Assembly: GCA_023269635.1 (NCBI GenBank)
Contig: JAHFPN010000002.1
Coordinates: forward strand, 1,770-65,769
Reading direction: 5' to 3'
Origin: Hyphomicrobiales bacterium
GTDB taxonomy: Bacteria; Pseudomonadota; Alphaproteobacteria; Rhizobiales; Xanthobacteraceae
Length of the DNA: 64,000 bases
Part shown: positions 9,796 through 18,985 of the stretch, one piece after another
How positions within the stretch are numbered: the stretch's first letter is position 1
How the letters are laid out: every line of letters starts with the position of its first letter
Program-made: the position numbers and the translations under genes
Notes under the pieces: generated by a model
What the model saw: the letters and a program-made list of their open reading frames with translations, nothing else
Told to the model about the DNA's origin: nothing
Databases searched by the model: none

Positions 9796-11478
9796 TCAGT
9801 TGGAGCCGTCGAGCAGGCGGCGCGCGATGACCTGCGCCTGAATTTCCGCGGCGCCTTCGAAAATGCTCAAGATGCGCGCGTCGCACAAGACGCGCGAGAC
9901 CGGGTATTCGAGCGCGAAGCCGTTGCCGCCGTGGATCTGCACCGCATTGTCGGCGGCGGCCCAGGCGACGCGCGCGGCGAGTAGCTTCGCCATCCCGGCT
10001 TCGAGGTCGCAGCGGCGGCCGAGGTCCTTCTCGCGCGCGGCGTGATAGGTGAGCTGGCGGGCGATCATGATCTCGGTCGCCATCGACACGATCTTGTCGG
10101 CGACCCGCGGGAAGGAGAGGATCGGCTTGCCGAACTGAACGCGTTCCTTGGCGTAGCGCAGCGCGAGCTCCAACGCCGACTGCGCGACCCCGACGGCGCG
10201 CGCCGCGGTCTGGATGCGCGCGGCTTCGAAGGTCTGCATCAGCTGCTTGAAGCCCTGGCCCTCGACGCCGCCCAAGAGGTTCTCGACCGGCACTTCGAAG
10301 CCGTCGAAGCCGATCTCGAACTCCTTCATGCCGCGATAGCCGAGCACCTCGATCTCGCCGCCCGACATGCCGGGCGCCGGGAACGGATCGGCATCGGACC
10401 CCCGCGGCTTTTCCGCCAGCAGCATCGACAGCCCCTGATATCCCGGCTGCTTCGGGTCGGTGCGTACCAGCAGCGTCATCAGGTCGGCCCGGACCGGGTG
10501 CGTAATCCAGGTCTTGGCGCCATAGATCCTGTAGACGCCGCCCTCGCGCACGGCGCGCGTCTTGAGCGAGGCGAGATCGGAGCCGGTGTTCGGTTCGGTG
10601 AACACCGCCGTCGGCAGGCATTCGCCGGAGGCGATTTTCGGCAGCCACTTCTGCTGCTGCGCCGGTGTGCCGCCGGAAAGGATCAGCTCGGCCGCGATTT
10701 CGGAGCGGGTGCCGAGGGAGCCGACGCCGATATAGCCGCGCGATAATTCCTCCGACACCACACACATATATTCCTTGCCGAGCCCGAGCCCGCCGAATTG
10801 TTCGGGAATCGTGAGCGCGAACACGCCGAGCGCGGACATTTTCTCGATTGTAGCGAGCGGGATGTATTCGTTCCGGAGGTGCCAGCCGTGCGCATGCGGC
10901 ACCACTTCCGCTTCCGCGAAGCGGCGCATCTCGTTGCGCATGGCCTTGAGCGTCTCGTCGAGGCCGGGGTCGCCGGCGCCTGCGGCTCCTTCCTGCGCCG
11001 CGATCGCCTCGATCAGCCGCGCCCGCAGCTCGGGCGCCGTGCCGTCGGCGATCAGCGCCTTGACCGCCGGCGTGCGCCGCGCCTCGATCCGCTCCTCGTC
11101 GAGACCGAGCGCCGGCAGGCGCACGAACTCGCTCTGGCTCATGGGAATGCCGCCGAACACCTGTGCCAGGTATTCGCCGAGCCCGGCGCGCACGAGCATT
11201 TCCTCCGTCGGCCCGAGCCGGCCGGCCTCGGCGATGCGGCCGGCGTAGGCGGAAAGCTGCCGCAACGCCTCGACATAGGTCGCAAGCCACGCCAGCCCAT
11301 GCACCGCGTGCTGCTCGCGATCGAAGCGCGCCATCGAGAGCTTGCCGTCGGGCGCGAGCCGCGCGCGCTGCTCGGCCGCGGCTTCGGCCAGCAAGGCTTC
11401 GACGGCGCCGACCGCATCGGCGGCCTGCTGCAACAGTTCCGGCGCGGTTCCGGCGCGCCGGGTCGCGGCGAGGTTCAT
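9796..11478 (-). CDS. acyl-CoA dehydrogenase family protein with long N-terminal extension
   Basis: Carries the ACAD motif [12 protein letters not shown], and the C-terminal helical domain ends in IFEGAAEIQ. The start could be ATG 11478 (GGGGA upstream) or GTG 11517 (no RBS). Confidence 0.85.
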   Translation of the reverse strand: MNLAATRRAGTAPELLQQAADAVGAVEALLAEAAAEQRARLAPDGKLSMARFDREQHAVHGLAWLATYVEALRQLSAYAGRIAEAGRLGPTEEMLVRAGLGEYLAQVFGGIPMSQSEFVRLPALGLDEERIEARRTPAVKALIADGTAPELRARLIEAIAAQEGAAGAGDPGLDETLKAMRNEMRRFAEAEVVPHAHGWHLRNEYIPLATIEKMSALGVFALTIPEQFGGLGLGKEYMCVVSEELSRGYIGVGSLGTRSEIAAELILSGGTPAQQQKWLPKIASGECLPTAVFTEPNTGSDLASLKTRAVREGGVYRIYGAKTWITHPVRADLMTLLVRTDPKQPGYQGLSMLLAEKPRGSDADPFPAPGMSGGEIEVLGYRGMKEFEIGFDGFEVPVENLLGGVEGQGFKQLMQTFEAARIQTAARAVGVAQSALELALRYAKERVQFGKPILSFPRVADKIVSMATEIMIARQLTYHAAREKDLGRRCDLEAGMAKLLAARVAWAAADNAVQIHGGNGFALEYPVSRVLCDARILSIFEGAAEIQAQVIARRLLDGSN

Positions 11479-11694
11479 CGGGTCCCCATGCGGATCGCCT
11501 GCGCGTCCCAACGTCACAGCCTAGTGCTGCAGTGCACAAAAGCAAGCGGCGCGGAGCCCGGGTCGTCGGCCGAATGCCCGATGCACGGATTGTTAACCGA
11601 ACCGGCGCTTCCTCCGTCAGTACTTTTTCGTAGGCAGGACGCTGCCCAATTTCCGGGGGCGCCCGGCCGCGAGCTTCGCAGCGGGGGACGAGGC

Positions 11695-13698
11695 ATGCGG
11701 TTCTTGCGATTGGGCGCGTTGTGGTCGCGTCTCGGCCCGTCGTTGTCGGTGCGCGCGCGCATCGCGGCGCTGGCATTCGCGCCGATCGTCGGCTTCACCA
11801 TCGTCGGCATCGCCTATGTCGGCGGCGAGCGCGAGGTGGCCGTCGCCTTCGACAGCATGAAGCGGGCCGCTTCGGTCGCCGCCGCGAGCCACGATTTCAA
11901 GGCCGCAGTCGCGAGCATGCGGGCCGCGGCGTCCGATTTCGGCACGCGGCCCTCGCAGGATTTGGTGGAGGCGTTTCGCAGCAACCAATTCCGCGCCGCC
12001 GGCAGCCTCGACACCATCGAGGCCTCGCTGCATTTGGAAGACCTCAAGAACCTGGGCACCCTGCGCGAAGATCTGGCGACCGTGAAAGATAATTTCGCCA
12101 AGCTCTTGGTCGGGCAACAAGCGCTCGGCTATTCGGAAATGGAAGGTCAACGCGCGCGCCTCGCCAGCGCGGGCCACGCGATCGAGCGGTTCATCCGGGA
12201 AGATCCCGGTCTTGTCGCCGGCGACGCTCGCGCGCTGTTGCTCTCCTCGCTCATGACCATGCGCCGATACGAGGCTGAATACCGTCTGCAGCGGCAGCAA
12301 ATCTTCCAGCTCTCGTTCTTCGGGGAGACCAAGAATTTCAACGAAGCGATCGAACGCGTCGACGCCGCCGCCAAGGGTCAGCTCAAGACTCATATCAAGA
12401 CCTACGTGGATGCGTTCGTCGAATGGGTGGCGGTCGCGAACCAGATCAGCCCGATGATCGGCGTGATCTATGCCGACACCGATTCCATGCTACCCGCCGC
12501 CGACAAGCTGATCGCGCTCGCGTCCGACCGCGAGGGCGAAGCGACCAGCAGGTTGTTGGCCTCGCAGTCGCGCACCAAGAGCATCATCGGGCTGGTCGCG
12601 ATCGTCGTGATCCTGGCCGGCGTGTTGTTCAGTTGGCTGATCGGCCGCAGCATCAGCACGCCGCTCACCGGGCTCGCCGGCGTGATGCGCCGCCTCGCCG
12701 AAGGCGACGTGGCGGCCGACATCCCGGCCTCGAACGCGCGCGACGAGATCGGCGCCATGGCGCGCGCGCTCGTGGTGTTCCGCGACAATGCGCGCGAGCG
12801 CATCCTGCTCGAGGCCGAGCAGGCCGAGTCGTACGCGCAACGCGGCCGGCGGGCCGAGGCGATCGAGCGGCAGGTACGCGAATTCGGCCTGGCCGCGGAC
12901 GCGGCCCTGAACGCGGTCCGGCAGGCGGCCGGCCGGCTGACCGGTTCGGCCGAGGGTCTCGGCGAGACCGCCGGCAAGGTCGGCGCCGAGGCCGAGCAGG
13001 CCGGGCGCGCCGCCGGCGCCGCCTCCGGGAACGTGTCCGAGGCCGCCGCCGCGACCGAGCAGCTCTCCAGCACGGTGTCCGAGGTGGCGCGCCAGACCGC
13101 GACCTCGACCGAGGTCGCAAGCCGCGCCGTGGCCGAGGCGACCCGCGCCGTCACCATCATGGGCACGGTCGGCGAAACCGCGACCCGCATCGGCGAAGTG
13201 GTCGGGCTGATCCAGTCGATCGCGGCGCAGACCAATCTCTTGGCGCTCAACGCCACCATCGAGGCCGCGCGCGCGGGCGACGCCGGCCGCGGCTTCGCCG
13301 TCGTCGCCCAAGAGGTGAAGTCGCTCGCGGCTCAGACCGCGCACGCGACCGACGAGATCGCGCAGAAGATCGGCGCCATCCAGGAGGCTTCCACCGACGC
13401 CGCCAAGGCGATCGATACGGTCTCCACGGTGATCCAGGACATGTCGGCCATCGCCACCTCGGTAGCCGCGGCGGTCGAGGAGCAGAACGTCGCCGTGGTC
13501 GCCATCACCGACAACGTGTCGCGCGCGGCGGCGGCCGCCGAGACCGGCGCCAAGGCGATGCGCTCGGTGGAGAGCGCCGCGGTCGGCGCCGGGGTGACCG
13601 CGGGCGACGTGGCCGGCCTCGCCGTCGGTCTCAGCAACGAGGCCGAGCGGCTCGATGGCGCGATCCGGCGCTTTCTCGACGAGGTGCGGGCGGCCTGA
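11695..13698 (+). CDS. methyl-accepting chemotaxis protein
   Basis: From ATG 11695 ([10 protein letters not shown]) there are two TM segments, a HAMP region and the conserved signalling hairpin [37 protein letters not shown]. Confidence 0.9.
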   Translation: MRFLRLGALWSRLGPSLSVRARIAALAFAPIVGFTIVGIAYVGGEREVAVAFDSMKRAASVAAASHDFKAAVASMRAAASDFGTRPSQDLVEAFRSNQFRAAGSLDTIEASLHLEDLKNLGTLREDLATVKDNFAKLLVGQQALGYSEMEGQRARLASAGHAIERFIREDPGLVAGDARALLLSSLMTMRRYEAEYRLQRQQIFQLSFFGETKNFNEAIERVDAAAKGQLKTHIKTYVDAFVEWVAVANQISPMIGVIYADTDSMLPAADKLIALASDREGEATSRLLASQSRTKSIIGLVAIVVILAGVLFSWLIGRSISTPLTGLAGVMRRLAEGDVAADIPASNARDEIGAMARALVVFRDNARERILLEAEQAESYAQRGRRAEAIERQVREFGLAADAALNAVRQAAGRLTGSAEGLGETAGKVGAEAEQAGRAAGAASGNVSEAAAATEQLSSTVSEVARQTATSTEVASRAVAEATRAVTIMGTVGETATRIGEVVGLIQSIAAQTNLLALNATIEAARAGDAGRGFAVVAQEVKSLAAQTAHATDEIAQKIGAIQEASTDAAKAIDTVSTVIQDMSAIATSVAAAVEEQNVAVVAITDNVSRAAAAAETGAKAMRSVESAAVGAGVTAGDVAGLAVGLSNEAERLDGAIRRFLDEVRAA

Positions 13699-13763
13699 AC
13701 GCGGGCCGGCCCTTGCCAAGCGCTCCCGAAAGTCCGATCTGACGGCAGGACCGGGAGCAGGCC

Positions 13764-14621
13764 GTGCGCCGCGTAATCTCGATTGCCATCGACGCCTATG
13801 AGCGCTTCAACGAAGACGAGGGCTGGGCCATCGCCAGCCACATCGCGCTGTCCGTGCTGATGTCGCTGTTCCCGTTCCTGATCGTGGTCACCGCGCTCGC
13901 CGCCTTGTTCGGCACCAAGCAGCTCGCCGACGAAACCGCGCGGCTCCTGCTCGACGCCTGGCCGAGGGAAGTCGCCGGGCCCATCGCCAACGAGATTCGC
14001 GGCGTGCTCACCAACCTGCGCACCGACGTGCTCACGTTCGGCATCGTGGCGGCGGTCTATTTCGCCTCGAGCGGCATCGAAAGCCTGCGCATCGGGTTGA
14101 ACCGCGCCTACGGCATGAAGGAGATGCGGCCGTGGTGGCTGCTGCGGCTCGAATCGATCGCCTATGTGCTGGTCGGCGCGGCGGCGCTGCTCGCGTTCTC
14201 GTTTCTGATCGTGCTGTGGCCGCTGATCTGGACCGCGGGGGCGCGCTTCGCGCCGGCGCTGGCGCAGTTCGACGGGACGGTGACGCTGCTCCGCTACGGC
14301 GTCACGTCCGGGCTGATCGTGGTGACGCTGGTCATGGTTCATTTCTGGCTGCCGGCGGGCCGCCGCCGTCTCGCCGAGATCATGCCCGGGATCGTCGCGA
14401 CCCTGGTGCTCTGGCTGGTATCCGGCGCGAGCTTCGGCCGCTATCTCGCCGAGTTCGCCTATACCTACGTCAACGTCTATGCCGGCCTCGCCTCGGTGAT
14501 GGTGGCGCTAGTGTTCCTCTATTTGGTGGCTTCGATTTTCGTTTACGGCGGCGAGCTCAACGCCGCGATCGCCCGCGCGCGCAACGTCCGGCGGCCGGCA
14601 CGATCGAAGGGGTCGAAATGA
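13764..14621 (+). CDS. YihY/BrkB-family membrane protein
   Basis: 285 aa, GTG start with GGGAG upstream, multi-TM. The N-terminal ERFNEDEGWAIASHIALSVLMSLFPFL is typical of the family. Confidence 0.75.
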   Translation: MRRVISIAIDAYERFNEDEGWAIASHIALSVLMSLFPFLIVVTALAALFGTKQLADETARLLLDAWPREVAGPIANEIRGVLTNLRTDVLTFGIVAAVYFASSGIESLRIGLNRAYGMKEMRPWWLLRLESIAYVLVGAAALLAFSFLIVLWPLIWTAGARFAPALAQFDGTVTLLRYGVTSGLIVVTLVMVHFWLPAGRRRLAEIMPGIVATLVLWLVSGASFGRYLAEFAYTYVNVYAGLASVMVALVFLYLVASIFVYGGELNAAIARARNVRRPARSKGSK

Positions 14622-15010
14622 AGGACGAGCGCGGCTTCGTGACGGTGACGCCGGAGACGGTCGAGTGGCGCGACTCGCCGCTCGGCGGCGGCGCCCGGAC
14701 CTCGGTGCAGGACGGCGACCCCAGCAAGCCCGGCGTCTACGTGCAGCGTCTGCGCTATCCGCCCGGCCAGTTCTCGCCGCCGCACTACCATCCCGACGAC
14801 CGCCATTGCCTGGTGCTCCAGGGCACCTGGTACGTCGGTACGGGCGAAGCGGTCGATATCGAGAGCGCCGTGCCGCTCGAGCCCGGCAGCTACATGAAGC
14901 ATCCGGCCGGCGCCGTGCATTGGGACGGCGCCAAGGACGAGGAAGTGATCGTGCAGGTGATCGGCTACGGGCCGACCGGGATCAGGCGGGTCGGGGCGAA
15001 GAAGCCGTAA
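14618..15010 (+). CDS. cupin-domain protein
   Basis: ATG 14618 overlaps the upstream stop (ATGA). It has His-rich cupin motifs (PPHYHPDDRH and HPAGAVH). Confidence 0.65.
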   Translation: MKDERGFVTVTPETVEWRDSPLGGGARTSVQDGDPSKPGVYVQRLRYPPGQFSPPHYHPDDRHCLVLQGTWYVGTGEAVDIESAVPLEPGSYMKHPAGAVHWDGAKDEEVIVQVIGYGPTGIRRVGAKKP

Positions 15011-15035
15011 GCGCGCCGGCGCAGGCTGAACCAGT

Positions 15036-16970
15036 CTACTCGGCGGCCGTCAGCGGCGGCTCGCGAGGGACCGATGGCGCCTCGTGATGGTGCGATCCCG
15101 GCTTGCCGTGGGTGATCTCGGCGACCCTCTTCTGATGGGCGATTGCCGCCTTCGCCCCCGTGGTCACGGTCAGAAGATCGAACGTCTCCTCGACCTCTTC
15201 GGTCACCGGCGTAAGCGCTTGATCCGTGTAGGCGAGGCGGTTGGGATCGCGCTCGATCCGGCGCTTCGTCCTGAGCGCCCACAGGATCGTGTCCAGGAGC
15301 TTCAGGTTGGTCGTGATCGTGTCCCAGATGTGGCGCGGGTAGAACTGCCAGAACGATTCCCGCGGCAAGCCGTATTTGCGCTCGGAACGATGCTTGCGGC
15401 GGAACAGCCCGGCCTGCAGCGGATGGATGTTCTGGAACGGGACCATGGTCATGAACGGCACCACCGCCTTGATGAACCGCATCAAGGGCACGCCGGAAGC
15501 CGCCGCGCGCCGCATCAGGGTCTCGACGTGCGCGCGCGAGTAATAGAGCGGCCAGGCGTCCTGGTAGATCTGCTGCCATTCCTCCCGGCTCATTTTCGCG
15601 TGCCCCGCAACCACGTGCTCGAAGTCGTAGTTGTTGAGGTTCGGGTCCATCCACTCGCCTTTGCTCCAACTCACCTTGTGGTCCTCGGAGCCGGGCAGCG
15701 GGGTGAGGATGACCCACTCGACGATGTCGAGCGGCAATTCGCGCTGGATGATCTCGATGTCGCGCCGGATCGATTCCGCGGTATCGGCGGGGAAGCCGAG
15801 GATGTAGCCGGCATAGGTGAAGATGCCCTGCGCTTTCCAGGCCAGCAGCATCTTGCGGTACTCGGTGATCTTGTTCTGCGGCTTCTTGGCCGACTTCAGA
15901 TTTTCCGGATTGATGTTCTCCAGCCCGATGAACACCCGGGTCACGCCCGCGCGTTTGCACTTCTCCATGAAGTTCGGAATCCGGTGGCACAGCGTGTCGA
16001 CCTGGATCATCAGCCCGAGCGGAATCTTGTCGACTTCGCGCAAGCGGATCAGCCGGTCGAGGATCGGCTCCCACTCGCGGTTGCGCGCAAAATTGTCGTC
16101 GGTGAGGAAGAAGCGGTAGATGCCGACGGCCCAATTCTCGCGCACCACGCGCTCGACGTCGTCGGGCGTGCGGGAACGCGACTGGCGGCCCTGAACGTTG
16201 ATGATCGTGCAGAACGAGCACTGGTACGGGCAGCCGCGGCCCGAGTCGAAGCTCGAGTTGGTGCCGGCGGTGCGCTTGACGTACTTGAGCGGCAGGAACG
16301 GGCTCGGTTGGCCCGTCATGTCGACGAGATCCTTGGTGTAATCGTAGTCGGGCTCGAGCGTGCCAGCGGCCGCTTGCTGCAGCAGCATTTCGAAGCGGCC
16401 CTCGGCCTCGCCCGCGAAGATGGTGACGCCCAGCTCGCGCGCGCGATCGAGGTCGACCGCCTTACCGTCGAGCATGGCGATGCAGCCGGAGACGTGGAAG
16501 CCGCCGATCACGACCGGAATGCCGGCCGCGCGGAACGGCCGCGCGATGTCGAGCGCGCGCGGGTACTGGTTGGTCTGCACCCCCACCAGCCCGACCAGGC
16601 CGAAATTGTCATCCTGCCGGAACCGGCGCAGGAGCTTCGGGACATCGACGCGCGTGTTGGTCTCGTCGACCACGTCGATCCGGATATCGACGTTCGGCCC
16701 GAGCACCCGGCGCTCCGCGCAGTCGAGCGCGAGGCCGTGCAGCGCGGCCAGCGAATTGGACGGCACCAGGCCGCGCCACCAGCGGATGACGTAGCCGTCA
16801 TCGTGGTAGTGCGACGGCTTGATCAGGACGACGTTGAACCGGCGCCGCTTGCCGCCACTCACCGCGCCGTTGTAGGCGCGCTCGTCCGAGCGGGCCGTCG
16901 CGACCGGTTTCACGAGTTCAAGAATGGCTTGCCCCTCCGGGATTCGCGGCCGCCCTCCAGCATTTCGCAT
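15036..16970 (-). CDS. B12-binding-domain radical SAM protein, function unknown
   Basis: 644-aa ORF with the CxxxCxxC cluster motif (CPYQCSFC). The N-terminal Rossmann-like domain (VVIGGFHVSG) resembles class B rSAM cobalamin domains, and there is a long C-terminal extension. The exact start is uncertain. Confidence 0.8.
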   Translation of the reverse strand: MRNAGGRPRIPEGQAILELVKPVATARSDERAYNGAVSGGKRRRFNVVLIKPSHYHDDGYVIRWWRGLVPSNSLAALHGLALDCAERRVLGPNVDIRIDVVDETNTRVDVPKLLRRFRQDDNFGLVGLVGVQTNQYPRALDIARPFRAAGIPVVIGGFHVSGCIAMLDGKAVDLDRARELGVTIFAGEAEGRFEMLLQQAAAGTLEPDYDYTKDLVDMTGQPSPFLPLKYVKRTAGTNSSFDSGRGCPYQCSFCTIINVQGRQSRSRTPDDVERVVRENWAVGIYRFFLTDDNFARNREWEPILDRLIRLREVDKIPLGLMIQVDTLCHRIPNFMEKCKRAGVTRVFIGLENINPENLKSAKKPQNKITEYRKMLLAWKAQGIFTYAGYILGFPADTAESIRRDIEIIQRELPLDIVEWVILTPLPGSEDHKVSWSKGEWMDPNLNNYDFEHVVAGHAKMSREEWQQIYQDAWPLYYSRAHVETLMRRAAASGVPLMRFIKAVVPFMTMVPFQNIHPLQAGLFRRKHRSERKYGLPRESFWQFYPRHIWDTITTNLKLLDTILWALRTKRRIERDPNRLAYTDQALTPVTEEVEETFDLLTVTTGAKAAIAHQKRVAEITHGKPGSHHHEAPSVPREPPLTAAE

Positions 16971-17056
16971 GATACTCGGCTTCGGCGGCGGGCGCCACCG
17001 CGGGTCATCACCGCCGAGGCTCCAGATTGGAGCGATTCCAATGGGTTAGCCCGCAT

Positions 17057-18331
17057 TCAGGCGACGCTCGCCTCGATCACGTCTTCGAAGCTGCGCAAGC
17101 CGGTGCGCGGCGCGTTGACCAGCACCGCCATGTTCCCGGGCTTGTGCTGATTCTTCCACATCATGGTGTGCGCCTTCGGAATCTGCGCCCACGGCAGCGC
17201 CTCGCTCATGCAGGGCTCGATGCGGCGGTCGAGCACGAAGCGGTTGGCGGCCGAGGCCTGCTTCAGGTGCGCGAAGTGCGAGCCCTGGATGCGCTTCTGC
17301 CGCATCCAGACATAGCGCGCGTCGAAGGTGAAATTGTAGCCGCTGGTGCCGGCGCAGAACACGACCATGCCGCCACGCTTGGCGACCAAGCAGGAGACCG
17401 GGAAAGTCTGCTCGCCCGGGTGCTCGAACACGATGTCGACGTCGCGCTTGGCCGTAATGTCCCAGATCGCCTTGCCGAAGCGCCGCGCCTCCTTGGCCCA
17501 TTCGGCGTATTCGGGCGTGTTCACCTTGGGCATCTGGCCCCAGCACTTGAATTCCTTGCGGTTGATCACGCCCTTGGCGCCGAGCTCCATCACGTAAGGG
17601 CGCTTGGCTTCGTCCGAGATGATCCCGATGGCATTGGCGCCCGAGGCGGCCGCGAGCTGCACCCCGAACACCCCGAGCCCGCCCGAGGCGCCCCACACCA
17701 GCACATGGTCGCTGGGCTTCAGCGTATGCGGCGGGTGGCCGAACAGCATGCGATAGGCGGTGGCGAGCGTCAGCGTATAGGACCCGCTCTCCTCCCAGGT
17801 CAGATGCTTCGGCCGCTCCATGAGCTGGCGTGACTGCACGCGGCAGAACTGCGCGAACGAGCCGTCCGGCGTCTCGTAGCCCCAGATGCGCTGCGAGGGC
17901 GACAGCATCGGGTCGCCGCCGTTGCAGTCCTCGTCGTCGCCGTCGTCCTGATTGCAGTGGACCACGACTTCGTCGCCGACCTTCCAGCGCCGGACCTTGG
18001 AGCCGACCGCCCAGACCACGCCGGCGGCGTCGGAGCCGGCGACGTGGAACGGGTTCTTGTGCACGTCGATGACGGAGATCGGCTCGCCGAGCGCGGCCCA
18101 GACGCCGTTGTAGTTCACGCCCGCCGCCATCACCAGCACGAGCACCTCGTCGTCGCCGACCGGCCAGGTCGGCACCACTTCGATTTGCATGGAGGATTCG
18201 GGCGGACCGTGGCGCTCCTTGCGGATCACCCAGGCGTGCATTTTCGCCGGCACGTGGCCGAGCGGCGGGATCTCGCCGATCGCGTACAGATCCTTCAGGG
18301 CCGGCCGGATGATCTTTGCCACCTGCGCCAT
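17057..18331 (-). CDS. ccr: crotonyl-CoA carboxylase/reductase
   Basis: 424 aa. The N-terminus KDLYAIGEIPPLGHVPAKMHAWVIR and an MDR fold with GASGGLG are characteristic of Ccr. Confidence 0.9.
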   Translation of the reverse strand: MAQVAKIIRPALKDLYAIGEIPPLGHVPAKMHAWVIRKERHGPPESSMQIEVVPTWPVGDDEVLVLVMAAGVNYNGVWAALGEPISVIDVHKNPFHVAGSDAAGVVWAVGSKVRRWKVGDEVVVHCNQDDGDDEDCNGGDPMLSPSQRIWGYETPDGSFAQFCRVQSRQLMERPKHLTWEESGSYTLTLATAYRMLFGHPPHTLKPSDHVLVWGASGGLGVFGVQLAAASGANAIGIISDEAKRPYVMELGAKGVINRKEFKCWGQMPKVNTPEYAEWAKEARRFGKAIWDITAKRDVDIVFEHPGEQTFPVSCLVAKRGGMVVFCAGTSGYNFTFDARYVWMRQKRIQGSHFAHLKQASAANRFVLDRRIEPCMSEALPWAQIPKAHTMMWKNQHKPGNMAVLVNAPRTGLRSFEDVIEASVA

Positions 18332-18566
18332 GGCACATCCCCCGTTTCGCCGCTGACGCGGCGATGATGCAGTGCAAAATAACAGGTTTGCGACGCGAAA
18401 TCATCCCCCTTGGTTGTCTGCGAAAGTGTGGAAACCGCCGAAGAATTCTCGTCGGCTTCCCGGCGGCTCTCGGCTATGCTGCTGCCGATGCGTCGGAAAG
18501 GGGCCGTCTCGGGAGACCGCTGCCTACCCGGGCGCGTGAACCGAGACATCCCGCAGGGAGGGGATC

Positions 18567-18818
18567 ATGGGGATTGAAAGTCTGATCGTTCTGTTGGTGA
18601 TCGGCGCGATCGCCGGCTGGCTCGCCGGCGTGATCATGAAGGGCTACGGCTTCGGCCTGATCGGCAACATCGCCGTCGGCATCGTCGGCGCCTTCCTCGG
18701 CAACTTCATCCTGGGCGCGATCGGCCTCACCATCGGCGGCGGCATCATCGCCGCCATCATCCGCGCCACCATCGGCGCGGTGATCTTGCTGTTCGTGATC
18801 GGCTTGGTGAAGCGCTGA
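18567..18818 (+). CDS. GlsB/YeaQ/YmgE-family small stress membrane protein
   Basis: 83 aa with Gly-rich TM helices (GAIAGWLAG, GIVGAFLG). GGGAGGGG RBS. Confidence 0.8.
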   Translation: MGIESLIVLLVIGAIAGWLAGVIMKGYGFGLIGNIAVGIVGAFLGNFILGAIGLTIGGGIIAAIIRATIGAVILLFVIGLVKR

Positions 18819-18836
18819 TCTGAATCCGAAGCTTGG

Positions 18837-18866
18837 CCGCGACGGAGCGTTCGCGCTCCGTCGCGG
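18837..18866 (+). terminator. 13-bp GC stem with TTCG tetraloop just after the glsB-like gene
   Basis: CCGCGACGGAGCG-TTCG-CGCTCCGTCGCGG. There is no clear T-tract, so its terminator function is inferred. Confidence 0.5.
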
Positions 18867-18985
18867 ATGCTTTGCGGGCCGCACTGCTTCGGCCCGTCTC
18901 GGCGGGATTTCGCGCGCCGAAACCTCGTGCTAAGAAATGATGCTGCGCTGCAGCAAGCGCCCATGATCGGGCGCGGAGCACGAGC

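Noticed and set aside
10798-11694. N-terminal 300 codons of the 966-aa ORF containing the chemoreceptor
   Set aside because: This part is antisense to the ACAD gene and crosses the intergenic region. The chemoreceptor begins at ATG 11695 with a typical N-terminus and first TM segment.
9773-11776. 667-aa minus-strand ORF in an alternative frame of the acyl-CoA dehydrogenase region
   Set aside because: The other frame (9796-11478) has the ACAD motifs. This frame is extremely Arg/Ala/Gly-rich.
15084-17150. 688-aa plus-strand ORF
   Set aside because: It is antisense to the radical SAM gene, which has a clear CxxxCxxC motif and natural composition. The shadow ORF is Arg/Asp/Leu/Gly-rich and motif-free.
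18430-18453. EcfG-type general-stress promoter upstream of the glsB-like gene
   Set aside because: The sequence is GGAAAC-N14-CGTC. Neither the boxes nor the spacing match the GGAAC-N16/17-CGTT consensus well enough.
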